Shown: piece by piece, positions 1-13,351 of the stretch | Position numbering within the stretch: the stretch's first letter is position 1 | Layout of the letters: each line of letters begins with the position of its first letter | DNA from: Lama glama | Taxonomy: Eukaryota | Reading direction: 5' to 3' | DNA length: 64,000 nucleotides | Assembly (NCBI GenBank): GCA_028534125.1 | Contig: CM052817.1 | Location: forward strand, 69,504,001 to 69,568,000 | Notes under the pieces: model-generated | Seen by the model: the letters and a program-made list of their open reading frames with translations, nothing else | The model's database searches: none | What the model was told of the DNA's origin: nothing | Translations under genes and position numbers: made by a program

Positions 1-1399
1 CAATGTTTCTGGTGCAAAAAAAAAAAATCAGTTTTCCAAATTACATCAGCAGCAAATCCCACTGAGATCATTAAAAAACAGACTCTTCTAAGTCTGTCCA
101 AATTTATCCCCATGGTGTCAATATAATATGGTGTCCTATGGGGATATTACACCATAAAGTACACAAATAAAATTAACTTGATTTATCAACATAGAAGGAC
201 CATGTGTTTACATATGGAGGGATATTGGCAGTTGAAGACTCATAAATCATAAGACAAAGAGTCACCCTGAAAGTCAGCTTTTCAACCCCCTTCCCCTAGC
301 TTTGCAGAGGCATGCCCTTTAATGATTTTCCACATGGGTATAAAGTAATTAGCAAGCCTAGCCTGCCCAAAATAGAATGATCATAGAAACATAGTATTGG
401 GATAACTGGGACAATTATCACCTTCCTCATCTTTGATTGAGCATACACAGTACATGACATAGTGGTTTACCTAAACCACCCCAGACTGACTTATGTGGGG
501 GGTTTCATACAGACAATGAACAAAGAAAACAATTCAGATAAGCCCCCTATTTATTCACTAAATACTTGTGCCAGACATTTAGCAAGATCTAGAAGCATGG
601 AAATGAACAAATAAAACACAGTCTCTATCCTACACGGAGCTTTGAGAGACAAAGAAAATTAAACATAATTTTAATATTAAAGAGGATATCTGAAAATGTA
701 TTACAATTTACTGGTCTGCCCTATATTGTGAGCTCCTCAAAGACATGAATGAAAGTTTCTTTCATCTATTTCATGAACTATGGAAAAACTGAGTAGATGC
801 TCAATATATCTTTATATGTATATCTTAAGATACCTTTTTGTAAAAAAAATTTCTAGAAATAGATATAGATATAGCTGAAACAAGAAACAAACAGGACAAA
901 GTTTAAAAGGACATTCTTCTTTGCATTTTTTATTTCTAATATCATACACAATTTTCATCATAAAGGAGGTAAAAAGACTTACGTATTTTTTGTAGTCTGC
1001 CTTCAAATATATCCAAATACAGCTAGATTGCCATGGATAGTGCACATAGGAACACCCAGTGCAGTGCTATGAACTCACCAACACTCAAAAGTTACTTGAA
1101 TAAACTAAAGTACGAATCAATAAAGCAATAAGTAAACATGGGCATGGAATTCCAAAGCATCTATTTCACAACGTTGGTAGCATTAAGAAGAACTCCAGAA
1201 AACATAAATCATCAGACTTCTGGCTTCCTCTGGTCATTAGTGTATTGGCAGGCTCACTCTCTTTATAGTACATATGTGTAAGATAGAGGTATTTGTATGC
1301 TATGTTGCACAAATGGTATATATTGTCTTGTGAAATTCCTGATTCACAATCCTTCTTTGTGTTCCACTTGTGATAACTGTTTCCTCACATCATGACTTA

Positions 1400-1722
1400 A
1401 AAGACTGCTATGATCTTCTCAACCAGCCTGTTAAACCACAACTGACCTCCTTAAGGTCTTTGCTTCTCAACAAGGCTTACCCTAATGACTGTTCAAAATT
1501 ATACTTTCCTCACCACATCATTCTCTCTCTCCTCTCTCCTTTACTTTGCTTTATTTTTCTTCAAAGCTCTTATTATCTTCTCTTGATTTGTAATTTCTCA
1601 TTGATTATGTAAGTTCCATGTAAGACAGAGATTTCATATTTGTTATTCATTGTTGTATTCCCAGCACATAGATCAGAGCTTGGTACACAATAGGTTTTCA
1701 AAAATGATTTGTTAACTGAATG
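1400..1722. mobile_element. LINE-2 (L2) 3' fragment, highly decayed
   Basis: L2-like tail text (TGTAAGTTCCATG...CCCAGCACATAG...TGGTACACAATAGG...TTTGTTAACTGAATGA); boundaries approximate. Confidence 0.55.
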
Positions 1723-2434
1723 ACTACCTGACAAAGAAAAGTCTCTAAGTCACTAGAAGGTAATGATAGGGCTGGCTGTCCTATTAATTGTGATAGTACA
1801 ATCATTACTCAGTGAACTTGAGTAACTAACTTTAATTTTTCTTTTGAGCCCCAGAAATATTCAAGTACTTGATTTTCCATAGACAGCTAGCTATTTCTCT
1901 CCTTTCTACCTTTCCTCATGTTCTCTCATCCAGGAATGCCCTTCTATCACCCAAAGTCTACCTAGATAATCCCTGCTAATTCTTTAAGGTATGTGCCCAG
2001 GGTCTCCTTATCCAAACATCCATGACATGGCCTTTAGGTAAAACAACCCTAAAGCCTAAGGTATCATGATTCTTATTACATTGCATTGAAAGTATTAGTT
2101 ACTTCTCCATCTTTTCAATCAAACTGCAATTTCTTATGGGACAGAGATTGTTTTATCCATTTTTGAATGAGTTCAACACAGTAGGAACTGAACGAATAAT
2201 TGAAATAAACTGAGCTCAAAGCTCTGAGGAGGCAGCATCAAGTGGTTCCAGTCAAAGCAGTTGGTATAGGGGAAATGCAGAACATCCAAAGACCTGGATT
2301 CTAGTACTGACGCTAACCACTGCTTTTGAATCTGTAGGATGAGAGGATTAAACCAGTGCTAAGACCCCTTTCAAAGCTATAAGGTAGTAAAACATGTAAT
2401 CTAATAAAAGTAGTTATTAAAATGTCAGGTTTTC

Positions 2435-2460
2435 ATGCTCCATCTGCTGGTTAAATTGTA
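2435..2460 (-). promoter_or_regulatory. candidate CTCF-binding motif
   Basis: Minus strand reads TACAATTTAACCAGCAGATGGAGCA; the core CCAGCAGATGGAGCA is close to the CTCF consensus CCASYAGRKGGCRS. Motif match only. Confidence 0.35.
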
Positions 2461-2667
2461 GAAAAACCTTGAAGCCTTTTTGAAATGGAAGAGTAAAGAA
2501 ATCAGAAATTTCCATTTGGGATCAATGAACAATTAAAAAAATCTGTACCGTTTGTAAAAGATCAATGATCTAGAAAAAATAGTTGGGAAAAGAAAACAAA
2601 CACTGACAACTGCATGGCTGGAGTGAAAAGCCAAAGAACACCCTGCTACTTTGGGTTCCCATACATA

Positions 2668-2976
2668 CTGTGGAACCCAGCCCCCATGGAGTCCCACCTG
2701 TGGATGTCCACACCCTTATGAATTCCCTCTTACTTTGTACCAAGGTTGGTCTGTATGAGCAATAGTTTCCAGCAAAAGTGATGGCATGTTACTTCACAAA
2801 TAAGGGTATGAAAAACTGAGGCCTTCATCTTAGGCTGCTCTGCCTCCCCTACCTCTCTCTCTCCCCTTCACTCCCCTCACCTTTCCTTTCTCTTTCTCCC
2901 TTTCAGATCACTTCCCAGAGGGGAGCCAGCTGCTGTGCCATGAGGATACTTGGGCAGCCCATGGATAGGCCAACAG
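2668..2976 (+). mobile_element. MaLR LTR fragment (MLT1F-like), 3' part replaced by an L1 fragment
   Basis: Resembles MLT1F-type text: GTACCAAGGTTGGTCTGTATGAGCAATAG...AAGTGATGGCATGTTACTTC...GGGGAGCCAGCTGCTGTGCCATGAGGATACT. Confidence 0.7.
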
Positions 2977-2979
2977 AGT

Positions 2980-4285
2980 AAAGCATCCAAATCAGAAAGG
3001 AAGAAGTCTTTGCAAATAATATGAACTTACATATAGAAAGTCCTACAAAAATTTGCTAGAATTAATCAATGAATTCAGTAAAGTTGCAGAATACAAAATC
3101 AACACACAGAAATCAGATGCATTTCTATAATCTAATAATAAAATATCTGAAAAAGAAAGAAAATAATCACATCCAGGATAGCATCAAAAAATAATAAAAT
3201 ACTTACGGAATAAATTTAACCAAGGAAGTATACATGTTCATGGATCAGAATAATTAATATAGATCTATACAAGGAAAACTATAAGACATGGAAAAAAACT
3301 GAAGACACAAATAAATGGAAAAATAGCTCATGTTCATGGATCAGAATAATTAACATAGTTAAAATGTCCATACTACCCAAAGCTACCTATAGATTCAATG
3401 CAATCCCTATCAAAATTTCAATGGCATTTTTTCACAAAAATAGAAAAAACAATGCTAACATTCACATGTAACCACAAAAGACCCTGAATAGACAAAGCAA
3501 TCCTGAGAAAGAAAGAAAAAACAAACAAAAAAACAAAGCTGGAAGCATCACACCTCCTGGTTTCAAACTATACTACAAAACTACAATAACTGAAACAGTA
3601 TTGTACTGGGAAAAAATAGACACATAGACTAATGGAACAGAATCTAGCGCCCAGAAATAAACCTCAGCGTATCTTATCAGTTAATCTATGACAAATTAGT
3701 CAAGAATATACAACAGAGAAAGGATAGTCTCTTCAAAAAATGGAGCTGGGAAAACTGGGTAATCACATGCAGAAGAATGAAACTGGACCCCTATCTTATA
3801 CCACTCATAAAAATTAACTTAAAAAAGATTAAAGACCTGAAACTATAAAACTCCCAGAAGAAACATAAGGAAAAGCTCCTTGACATCGGTCTTGGCAACT
3901 GTTATTTTGGATATGATACCAAAAGTACAAGTAACAAAAGCAAAAATAAACAAGTGGGACTGTATCAACCAAAAAAAGAGCTTCTGCACAGTAAAAGAAA
4001 CAATCAGCAAAAGGAAAAAGCACCTACAGAATGGGAGAAAATATCTGCAAGTCATAATGTCTGATAAGGGGTCAATATCCAAAATATTAAGAAACTCATA
4101 CAACTCAATAGCAAAAAAACAATAAAATCAAAAGTTGGGCAGAGGATCTAAGTAGACATTTTTCTAAAGAAGACACCCATATGGCCAACTGATAAACGAA
4201 AAGATGCTTAACATCACTATCATCAGGGAAATACAAATCAAAACCACTTTGAGATATCAATTCACACCTTTAAAATGACTATTGC
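2980..4285 (+). mobile_element. LINE-1 ORF2 internal fragment (from the end of RT towards the C-terminal region), decayed
   Basis: L1 ORF2 text (AAATGTCCATACTACCCAAAGC...TTCAATGCAATCCCTATCAAAAT; GAATGGGAGAAAATATCTGCAA). ORF 3880-4125 gives L1-like PKVQVTKAKINKWD. Many stops and frameshifts. Confidence 0.92.
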
Positions 4286-7200
4286 CAATTCAAATCTTTA
4301 TTGAATACCTACATATTCAATGAATCTGGCTTGAGTTTTTAACATGAAATTGCACACATCCAGCTTCCTCAGGAATGTTAATTGTTTATCACATATATTT
4401 GGTGTTTCACATACATTGTATCTTTTCTAACACACACATTTCACTAGAATAAGAACTCAGATTTAAAGACCGTGCATATATTTCGGAGACTTTTCACTAA
4501 CATAAATACCTGAGAGAAAATTATAGGCCACAAAGAAATACAGTTTGTCACTATTTAATAGTGTGTAAGTGATGGATGTAAGACCTCAGTGGAGATCACA
4601 ATGGATATTGTGGGTTTTTTTAACTCCAATTTAGCAACTGAAAAAATTCATCAATTCTGTGGTCATTTTTTAAAGTCTACTATCTTGCCAAAGAATAGAT
4701 AAATATTTGTAAGATCTTATTTTCCTCTTCTTTTTTGCCATAAAGGGATTTACCTACTAAAGCTATGCTAATGCTATGCAGATAAATGATATAAAAGTGA
4801 AGAGAGAGGTATACAGGTGATTATTATATGAGATATTACCAAGGTGACGGTTGCTATGTTATCTAGAAACTTTTGATAAAATTTTCTAGTGACATTTGGA
4901 TTTGATCTTTAAAATCTTAAAATAGAGATAAAAATCAACTCATCCTGGCTTAACTGTAAGTTTGAGAAGCATGTAATAAATACAGATTTCAAATCTAGTT
5001 GGTGACTTATTATGAATTAAAACAGAGGGAGGCCATAAAAGCAAACAAAATATTTTAACCATGCTCAGAAGTCTTAGAGAGTCAAGGAAACAAAGTTCTT
5101 CTGAGACAGAGGAAGGGGAAGCAAGTGATATTTCAAGTGTCTAACTCTCCATTAAATTGACTGGCAGCACCTTTCACGTATTGCGAAATTTGATAAAAAC
5201 CATTAAGCAAAGGAATATTTGTTCAATGGCAACTATCTGTTTGAAAGAGGAGAAAAAAGCAAAGACTGAGACAGAGGTATAGGTGGCAGGACTGCCGGTC
5301 CTTTGAGAAGCTCCCTTTGACATTCTCACAAGGTCTTAATATCCTGTTGTTCTGAAAGTCTCAACCGCAGGCCTGCTCACCCACCAGGTACAAGCAGCCC
5401 ATCCTAGTGTGCTGACTATAAGACTAAGTAGATCAAAGGCAAGTGCTCAGGCTCTCAGAGCCCAGTGGGCTCAGGCTTTAAACCTGACTGAATTGTATTT
5501 CTACAGGTCTAATAAACTTGGAGAGTGATAAGATCCCTTCCCCACAACCTCAAAGGATGAACCTTTGCACTTCTAGTTTGGGGCTTTGTTTCTAGATTTC
5601 ATATATACAACAGTCAGGGGCAGAAAAGCACACTTATGTAATGATAAATCTCCTTTATCTTAATATGGGAAAGTAGACTGCCTATAAATATCTTGCCTAT
5701 TATAAGCTATATATAGTCTATTATTTCTTTAACTTGCTATTGCTCATCACTTTTTTAAAGACGTAATTCCTATGAACCTTGGTAACAGGGAATGGGGTTG
5801 CGGGTGGATTACTATAAATAGTATAAAAAGCTCAGCTCCAATGAGGTATTAGGGCAAGGCCATATCTTGTCCATTGTGATATCACCCTGAGATGGCTTCC
5901 TGCCTGCAGACCCACATTTAGAGCACCATTCAAGCATGTAGAATCAGACCAACAACTTATGGATGAATTATATTTGTTTCTTCTACTATAGAACCAGTAT
6001 CAAAGAGGCATATCTGCAGATTTGATGAATAGCAAGAGAACAAATAATGGGTTATTCATAATCATCTACATATGCCTAAAAGAAAAATGAAATTTTAAAA
6101 CATTCAACCTAGCACTCATCTACCACATGTTTACACTAAGGTTGTCACCACCCAGGAATACCTAAAAGATCAAATCTTCAGCTCCTTACCTTATATATAA
6201 CAGTGCTCAATAAATATCTGGGGAAGAGGGAAGGAGGAAGGAAGGAGTGAGTTTGCAGCAAGGCACGATCCAGCTAACAACTGCACAATAAATGAAAAGG
6301 CAGATGACTCTTTTAAGCTATTTAGTCAATTTGATTCAGTAAGGATTTACTGATCCCCCTTCTCTGGGCTCCACAGAGTTTAATACTATGTGAATTCACT
6401 CAGCTCTTTCCAAAACTTTATCACTCTTCAAAGGAAATATTCATACTTCTATGCGGTGGGAGATAATGGTAAAGATGATGGAGGAATAGAGAGATAAGGC
6501 AAGGTTAATCTCCTGACAAAGAAATACAATACCCACATTCTTTAACCTTGAAAGCCCTCTGACTTTTAGGCTGATGCTAGAGGCAAAGAAGAGGGAAAGC
6601 AGATGAGTGAGCTTGGTCATTTTTTGGCACTTGTCAAAAAAGCTAAATATTTCCTCCAAATGTTTTACGTTCAATAATACCCAACCCACACTGTGCCAAG
6701 CCTGTTTTCCCTTAATCTTTCAAACCCATGTGTATTCCAAGGGAAATGTAATCCATGTGTCTCTGATTTGCTTACACTTAAATCATTATAAAATGTTAAC
6801 TTTTTTAAAAGGATGTCCAAGATATCTTTCGTTTCTTCTTCATGGTCCTTCTTCAGGATTCTCTTTAAGAATGTGGCATTCTGAAGAGCTAATGGAGACA
6901 AAGCTATGGATAGATTAATCAGACCTCAGGACTCACAATCTCTATATGGATTTTGTCTCTGTATGCAGAAAAGTGTGAATTTGTCCAATCATTAAAAATA
7001 AAAGAATCATATGAATTCTTATAGTGAATTTGTTAAACTGACTTATTTCTTTAGAATTCCCTTTAGGTCTTTACAACTAGGTCTGGCTCCCTTGGACTCT
7101 TCTTCAGTTACCTTCACACTGCTCAAATAAGATACCTAAAATCGTGGATGTAAGATCAAACTTTCTTGAAGATATGGAGGAGAATATAAAAGATGGGTAA

Positions 7201-9929
7201 GCAACATAGGCATTAGAAGAATTATGTTCCTTACTTCCTCAGATAATGTCCTCTAAGATGGTAAAAGTTAAGCACTTACGTGACAGTTTACCCATCATAA
7301 CAATTTGGTGAACTAAAGGTTGCAGAGCTTCCAGACTGTGGAAGCTAAATCCATGAGTTTTCAGGGTGTGAACGTGGTGCCTCTAAGCCAGGACAGTCCT
7401 AAGTTAATGAAAAATCGCTGTAACCCACTTTCTGTCCTTTCTTTTCTTTTCTTTTCTTTTTTTTTTTAATGCAGGCTTTCTCTCAATGGTGGGGTTGTAG
7501 TAAAGAAAAATACAGGTTCACAATGAGTCTGCAGCTTTAAAATAAATACTAATAAAGGACTTAAAAGAAAAATTTTGCATTTCTTATTCCAAATGGAGAA
7601 TAACAAAGCAATAAATCAAAACCTAATTTAAGAAACAAAAGTAAAGAGCATAAAAGCTATTACCTTAAAAGCACCCAAAAAGGAGGCTAGCTTCTTCAAA
7701 CTGAGAGTAGACAAAGTGCATCTGATGTTTGAGGAATAAGCACAGAGATAAAAAAACAAAGTAAAAGCAATGTGCCTGATTAGTGCCTATTTGCTCTAGT
7801 TTGTCATTTCACATTCCCAACAAACCATACATTTATGCCATCAGTTTAATCTCAGGTTGTGGCAGTTTTGCCTTTGTAGGGCAATGCCTCCATCTTTCTT
7901 TCCTCTCCCTGGTCAATGAGGATGCAGTGCGTGGTTTGCAAACATTCTTGGAGACCTCGTAAAGCCTCGGTACAACTCAACTGATGTCTGCCCAGGAGGA
8001 GAAGCAGTGGGAGGAGCAGCTGCACAGATTGGCAATCATCTGGACCAAGACGACTAGATTCTGGCATTTGATGCAAAGAGGAAGCTGCAGAGACATCTGG
8101 GACACCCTGTCATAAACCTAATTTCTGACCCAGCCTTGTGACACTGAATTTATTTCACTGAGAAAAAGAAGATCTTAATGTGTTCTCAATTATGTTTATC
8201 CCTATCAGGAAAAGTCTAAGATACCCTGTTGCTTCTTTGGAGTAGCCCACAATCATGAGTCATAAAAGTTAGGCAAGTTATTTGTGATAAAACAAGAGAG
8301 CACCGCTTCTACTGGGATTATTTAACATTCCTGGACATGGTCCAGCTAAATTTCAGCCACACATTCAGCATAGTCTAGGTAGAACCTGAAAAAATAGGAT
8401 ATTTCATTTGAACTTGACTCTCATTTTGCACTTGAAGTTAAAGAAATTCAAATTCTACAGGCAGGAAATCGATTTTTAAAAGGCAAATTTGTGTCCTTTA
8501 AAAAATAAAGAACTAGCAAAAGGTCTATTCATGACTATGTGAACTAGCATTCTTTTTGTTTTCTGTAACACTGATGACTCTTCTCCTTGGAAATCTTGTC
8601 TCCAGGGACACACTGTTCTGATTCTCTTGTTTCTCTTCTCAATCTCTTCATTCTCACGACATCCCCATTGCCTTTCCCAGTTCTATAGAGATGCATGCTG
8701 ACTGACAGGAAATATTTCAACAGGCTCACACTTGAACACCTTGTATCTACTCCTTCAGAAATTAATTTGTCCTCTTAGTTTTGATAGTTTAGGGATATTA
8801 AACGAGATCTACATTTCCAGCACCATGATTTTCCAAGTTTTCTGGTTATCACTGATCCTTGAAGACTAACACTGCATTCTTATGCATGTCTAATAGTTTA
8901 ATTAAATAGGCTGGACTCAACAAGGTACAGTCGCAAAGTAGTTTTATTTTTCTCCCCTACTGTCTGATTGCTCTCTGCAGAGGCAGATCAGTTGAAGGAG
9001 GCAATACTTAGCAGCAGAAAGCTCAGACCCAGGAGAACCAGACCACCAGAATTTCCCAGCTCCCAGTTCCCAGAATTAATTAAAATTAATATATATGTTA
9101 ATATAATATGTAAAACTAACATGTATATTTGAACTAATATAAATATTAGAATGGTATTTGGGATATATTAAAAAGTACTATACTGTATAAAGAATAACGT
9201 ATAAAAAGTACTATATAAATGTTAGCTATTATTACTGCTATTATTTCAAGTAGATCCTATAATTTTTTCAGCTACTTTAAGATAAAAAAGACCCCCACTG
9301 TCTGATTTTTAGAAGTCCAGTAAAACTCCAATTTTTATCCAAAAGCTCATTTAATTCAAAGTACGGACCTAATCTGGGCTTTTGCAAACCAGTAATGGGG
9401 AAATCAGACATAATCAATGCTTTTTAATGGTTTTCTAACTTTCTCTTCAATATTTTTTTCTACTCAATGTTTTGCTTTTAGATCTCCCAGGGTCAGGGTG
9501 GGGAGGGAGAATTAGAGATAAAAGGGGAAAGGCCAGTTTTCTTAGCTGGTCCTCTCTAAAGTTTCTCCTGGTAGTGAAATGTCATCTGTCAGGGCAGACA
9601 TTCAACTGCTGCCTCTTTCACTTGTCTGGTCCATCCCCAGGATCTCTTTAGATTCTCCTAACCCACATCAGAGACACCTACACTATCTAAAAACAATCAT
9701 GCATCAAATTTGCCCTAGATAGTCATTGAATATGCCTGTTGTCTCAGCACAACTACTAATAGCATGGCCTTTTACTTTTAAAACTGCCCTAGTTTGTAAA
9801 GTAAGTTATATAATCCCCTTCACATTGTATAACTACTCAACTTGAGGGACATACTCTTGGCTGACCTCTTCCACCATGTGGATCCACTATCCCCCAGAGT
9901 CTTCTTGGAATCCACCACTTCAACCATCC

Positions 9930-10800
9930 AATCAGCAACTTTATGAAACAAGATGGTGTGGCATATTGCACAACAGATTTTTAAAGCCAAGCCTGGAACT
10001 GGCATTAATCATTTCCACCCACATACCATTGTCCATACCATATCTAGTCACATGACTCATGCCTCAAACTTCTAAATATAAAGGAAAATGAAAAATCTAA
10101 TTTTATTGTCCATACAAGAAGATAAAAGCAAATTGGTACCTTGCCAGTCTCTGCCATAGTCCACTATTTGGTCACCAAGTAGCCATTTTTATCTTCCTCT
10201 TACATATAGATCACATGTACCCACCCCCTAGAAGGACAACCCCAAATCCTCTCTAGTCATAGATTTCAGGTCCAAGAGTTCAGGTGATACTCAATCCACT
10301 ACATCAGGTCTGTAAAAGTTTTCCTTATTGTTTGCTGTCCAGTTGACTAAAATGATGTGTTTTCTGTTCCTCCCTTCCCCACATATACTCAATATATTCA
10401 GTGGTGGAACAGGGACAGGATAACTAAAATAAACATCCCATCCAGAAAAAGGAAGAATGGGAGCCATATGGTTGTACTGGCTCTCGCTCTAGGGTGGGGA
10501 AGTTTATTGATTTAATCCCAATTCTTTTCTCTGTGAGGAACTCCCTCATTCACAGTTCTCCTTGGCCCTCGGCTCTGCCCTCTGGGAGGATACCGATCTA
10601 AAGTGGGTGTTGAGGCGCACGTCCTCTGTAAAGGCTCTTAAATAATTGAATCCACTCATGAAAATTTTGGGTCCAACATCTGCACTGTCAAGATCAAAGG
10701 ATTTCTAATCTAGTGTTGTGTTGTTAGAGGGAATTAACTACCTTAAATATTCAGTAGACTTCTAATCACTTTGCTTCCAGTCAGTTACATGTTCTGTATC
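9930..10800 (-). mobile_element. MaLR (MLT1-type) LTR end plus adjacent internal sequence, decayed
   Basis: LTR-end text CTAGTCACATG...GCCAGTCTCTGCCATA, followed by MLT1-int-like GGTGGAACAGGGACAGGATAAC...CCCATCCAGAAAAAGGAAGAATGGGAG. Right boundary uncertain. Confidence 0.55.
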
Positions 10801-12176
10801 CCAATAACTGCACTCTCAAATTATTTCCTAAACACAGTAAGATGTGGCACTTAAAAAAGACTTTGAAGAAAAATTACAGTAAAATTTCTTTGTCGAATGA
10901 AGTGACTCAAGGGAAATACCAAATTAAAGGTGTGGTCCTCCCATTCAAACCAGTTAACTTTTAAGGTAGCCAATACTGAATTGAGAGGAGAGGGACATGT
11001 AGACCAGAAAGCAAATAAATAAGGCCAACATGAGACTTAATTAACTCAAGCTGCTTTAACAAATACTCTTTCACCTAGAACAGATTCCTGATTGCTGGTT
11101 GAGATGGTGGAGTAGTGGATCCACAAGCTCGTCGTGCCACCTCTCACAATAACAGCAAAACCATAACTGACTGTAAAAAAACCATCAAAAAAAAAAAAAA
11201 AACTGGAACCCAGCATAAAAGATCTTCAACTGGAAACATAAAGAGGGAACCACAGTGGGACAGCAGGAGCATGTTGATGATAAAATTGGGCATCCCAAAA
11301 GCTGGAGAAAATTTATATTGCAGAGGCCCTCCCACAGCAGTGAGAGTTGTAAGCCCCACATCAGGCTCATCAGCCCAGGGTTCCAGCATTAGGAGGAGGA
11401 GCCCCCAGAATATCTGGTTTTGAAGTCCAGTGGGGCTTAATTGCAGGAGCTCAATGGGACTAAGGGCCTTCACTCTCTTGGGAAACACACGCAGAATCTC
11501 ATGTGCACTGGGACCAAGGGCAGAGGCAGTGATTTCATAGGAACCTATGCCATACCTGCCTGCCGGTTTTGGAAGGTCTACTGGGGAGATGGGTGGGTAG
11601 CTGAGGCTCACCCTGGGAACATAAAAGTTGGTGACAGGCATTTGGGGAGTGTTCATCTACATGAGCTTTTCTGGAGGCTTACATCTTGCTTGGGTCATTA
11701 GCACCAAGACCTAGCCCCCTCCAACAGCCTGTGGGTTTATGTGTTGGGAAGCCTCAGGCCAAAGAACACACTTGGTGGGAACTCAGCCCCACCCATCATC
11801 AGACTTCCTGAGCCCACAGCTTCCTCTACATATGCCCCTAGACACGGCCCTGCCCACCAGAGGGCCAGGACCAAGCTGCACCCAGCAGTGGGCAGGCACA
11901 GACTTCTCCTGCCAGGAAACCTGGCAACCTCTAGTCCAGGCTTACCCACCAGGGGACAGACACCAGAAGTAAGAAACCAACAATCTCACAGCCTGTGGAA
12001 GGAGTCTGCATATGCAGACCAGACTCTACCCTGGGTCCAGCTGACCCCTGGCCCTTGAGTGACAAGAGAGAAATGCACTGCTGAGAAGCACAGGACATCC
12101 TATACACAGGGCCAATTCTCCAAAGTTAAGAAATGTAACTAACCTACAAAAAAATACAAATAGAAATCTAGACAAA

Positions 12177-13040
12177 ATTAGATGTCATAAGACTATGTTC
12201 CAGGCAAAGGCACAAGATATAATCCCAGAAGAAGAAATAAATGATGAGGAGATAGGCAATCTACCTGAGAAAGAGTTTAGAGTAATGATTGTGAAGATGA
12301 TCAGAGAACTTGGGAGGAGAATGCATGCACAGAGCAAAGTTTTTAGCAAATACTTAGGAAATATAAAGAATACCCAGAGTTGAAGAATACAATCACTGAA
12401 ATGAGTAACACATGAGAAGGAACAAGGAATAGACTAAATGAGGCATAGGAACAAACCAGTGAGCTAGAAGACAGAGTAGTGGAAATCAGAACAGGAAGAA
12501 AAAAAAAAAAACAGAACAGAAAAAAGAAAAAAGAAATGAGGACAGTTTAAAAGACCTCTGGAAAAACAAGAAGCTTACTAATATTTGCAATATTGGGGGC
12601 CCAAAAAGAGAAGAAAAAGAAAAGGGACCTGAGAAAATATTTTCAGAGATAATAGCTGAAAACTTCCCTAACTTGGGAAAGGAAACAGTTGCCAAGGCCA
12701 GGAAGCACAGAGACACCTACAGAGGTTAATCAAAATGACAAAAATTAAAGATAAGGAGAAAATACTAAAATCAGCAACAGAAAAGCAACAAATAGCATAC
12801 AAGGGAACTCCCATAAGGCTATCAGTTCATTTTTCAGCAGAAACTCTACAGGCCAGAAGGAAGTGACATGATATATTTAAAGTGATGAAAGGAAAAAACC
12901 TATAACCAAGAATATACTACCCAGCAAGGCTCTCACTCAGATTTGATGGAGAAATCAAAAGCTTCACAGATAAGCAAAAGCTAAAAGAATTCAGCACCAC
13001 CAAACCAGCTTTACAACAAGTGTTAAAGGAAGCTTTCTAG
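12177..13040 (+). pseudogene. L1 ORF1p remnant
   Basis: ORF 12195-12383 is ORF1-like. Downstream text PIRLS..FSAETLQARR and YPARLSLRFDGEIKSFTDKQKLKEFSTTKPALQ ends at TAG 13038-13040. Interrupted by stops and frameshifts. Confidence 0.88.
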
Positions 13041-13351
13041 ATAAAAAAGAAAAGGCCACAACTAGAAATAAGAAAATAGTCATGAGAGGAGGAGGGTACA
13101 AATGCAGGGTATCTAAAATGCATTTGAAATGAAGAGCTCAGCAACTTAAAACAGTCATGTATATATATATATATAGATTTCTATACCAAAACCTCAAGGT
13201 AACTGCAAACCAAAAATGTATAATAGATGTACCCACAAAAAAGAAAGCGAAATCCAAATGTAACTATAGTCATCAAACCTCAAGACAAGAGAATAAAAAG
13301 AAGTAAAAGAAAAAAAAGACCTACAAAAATAAATCCAAAACAATTAACAAA

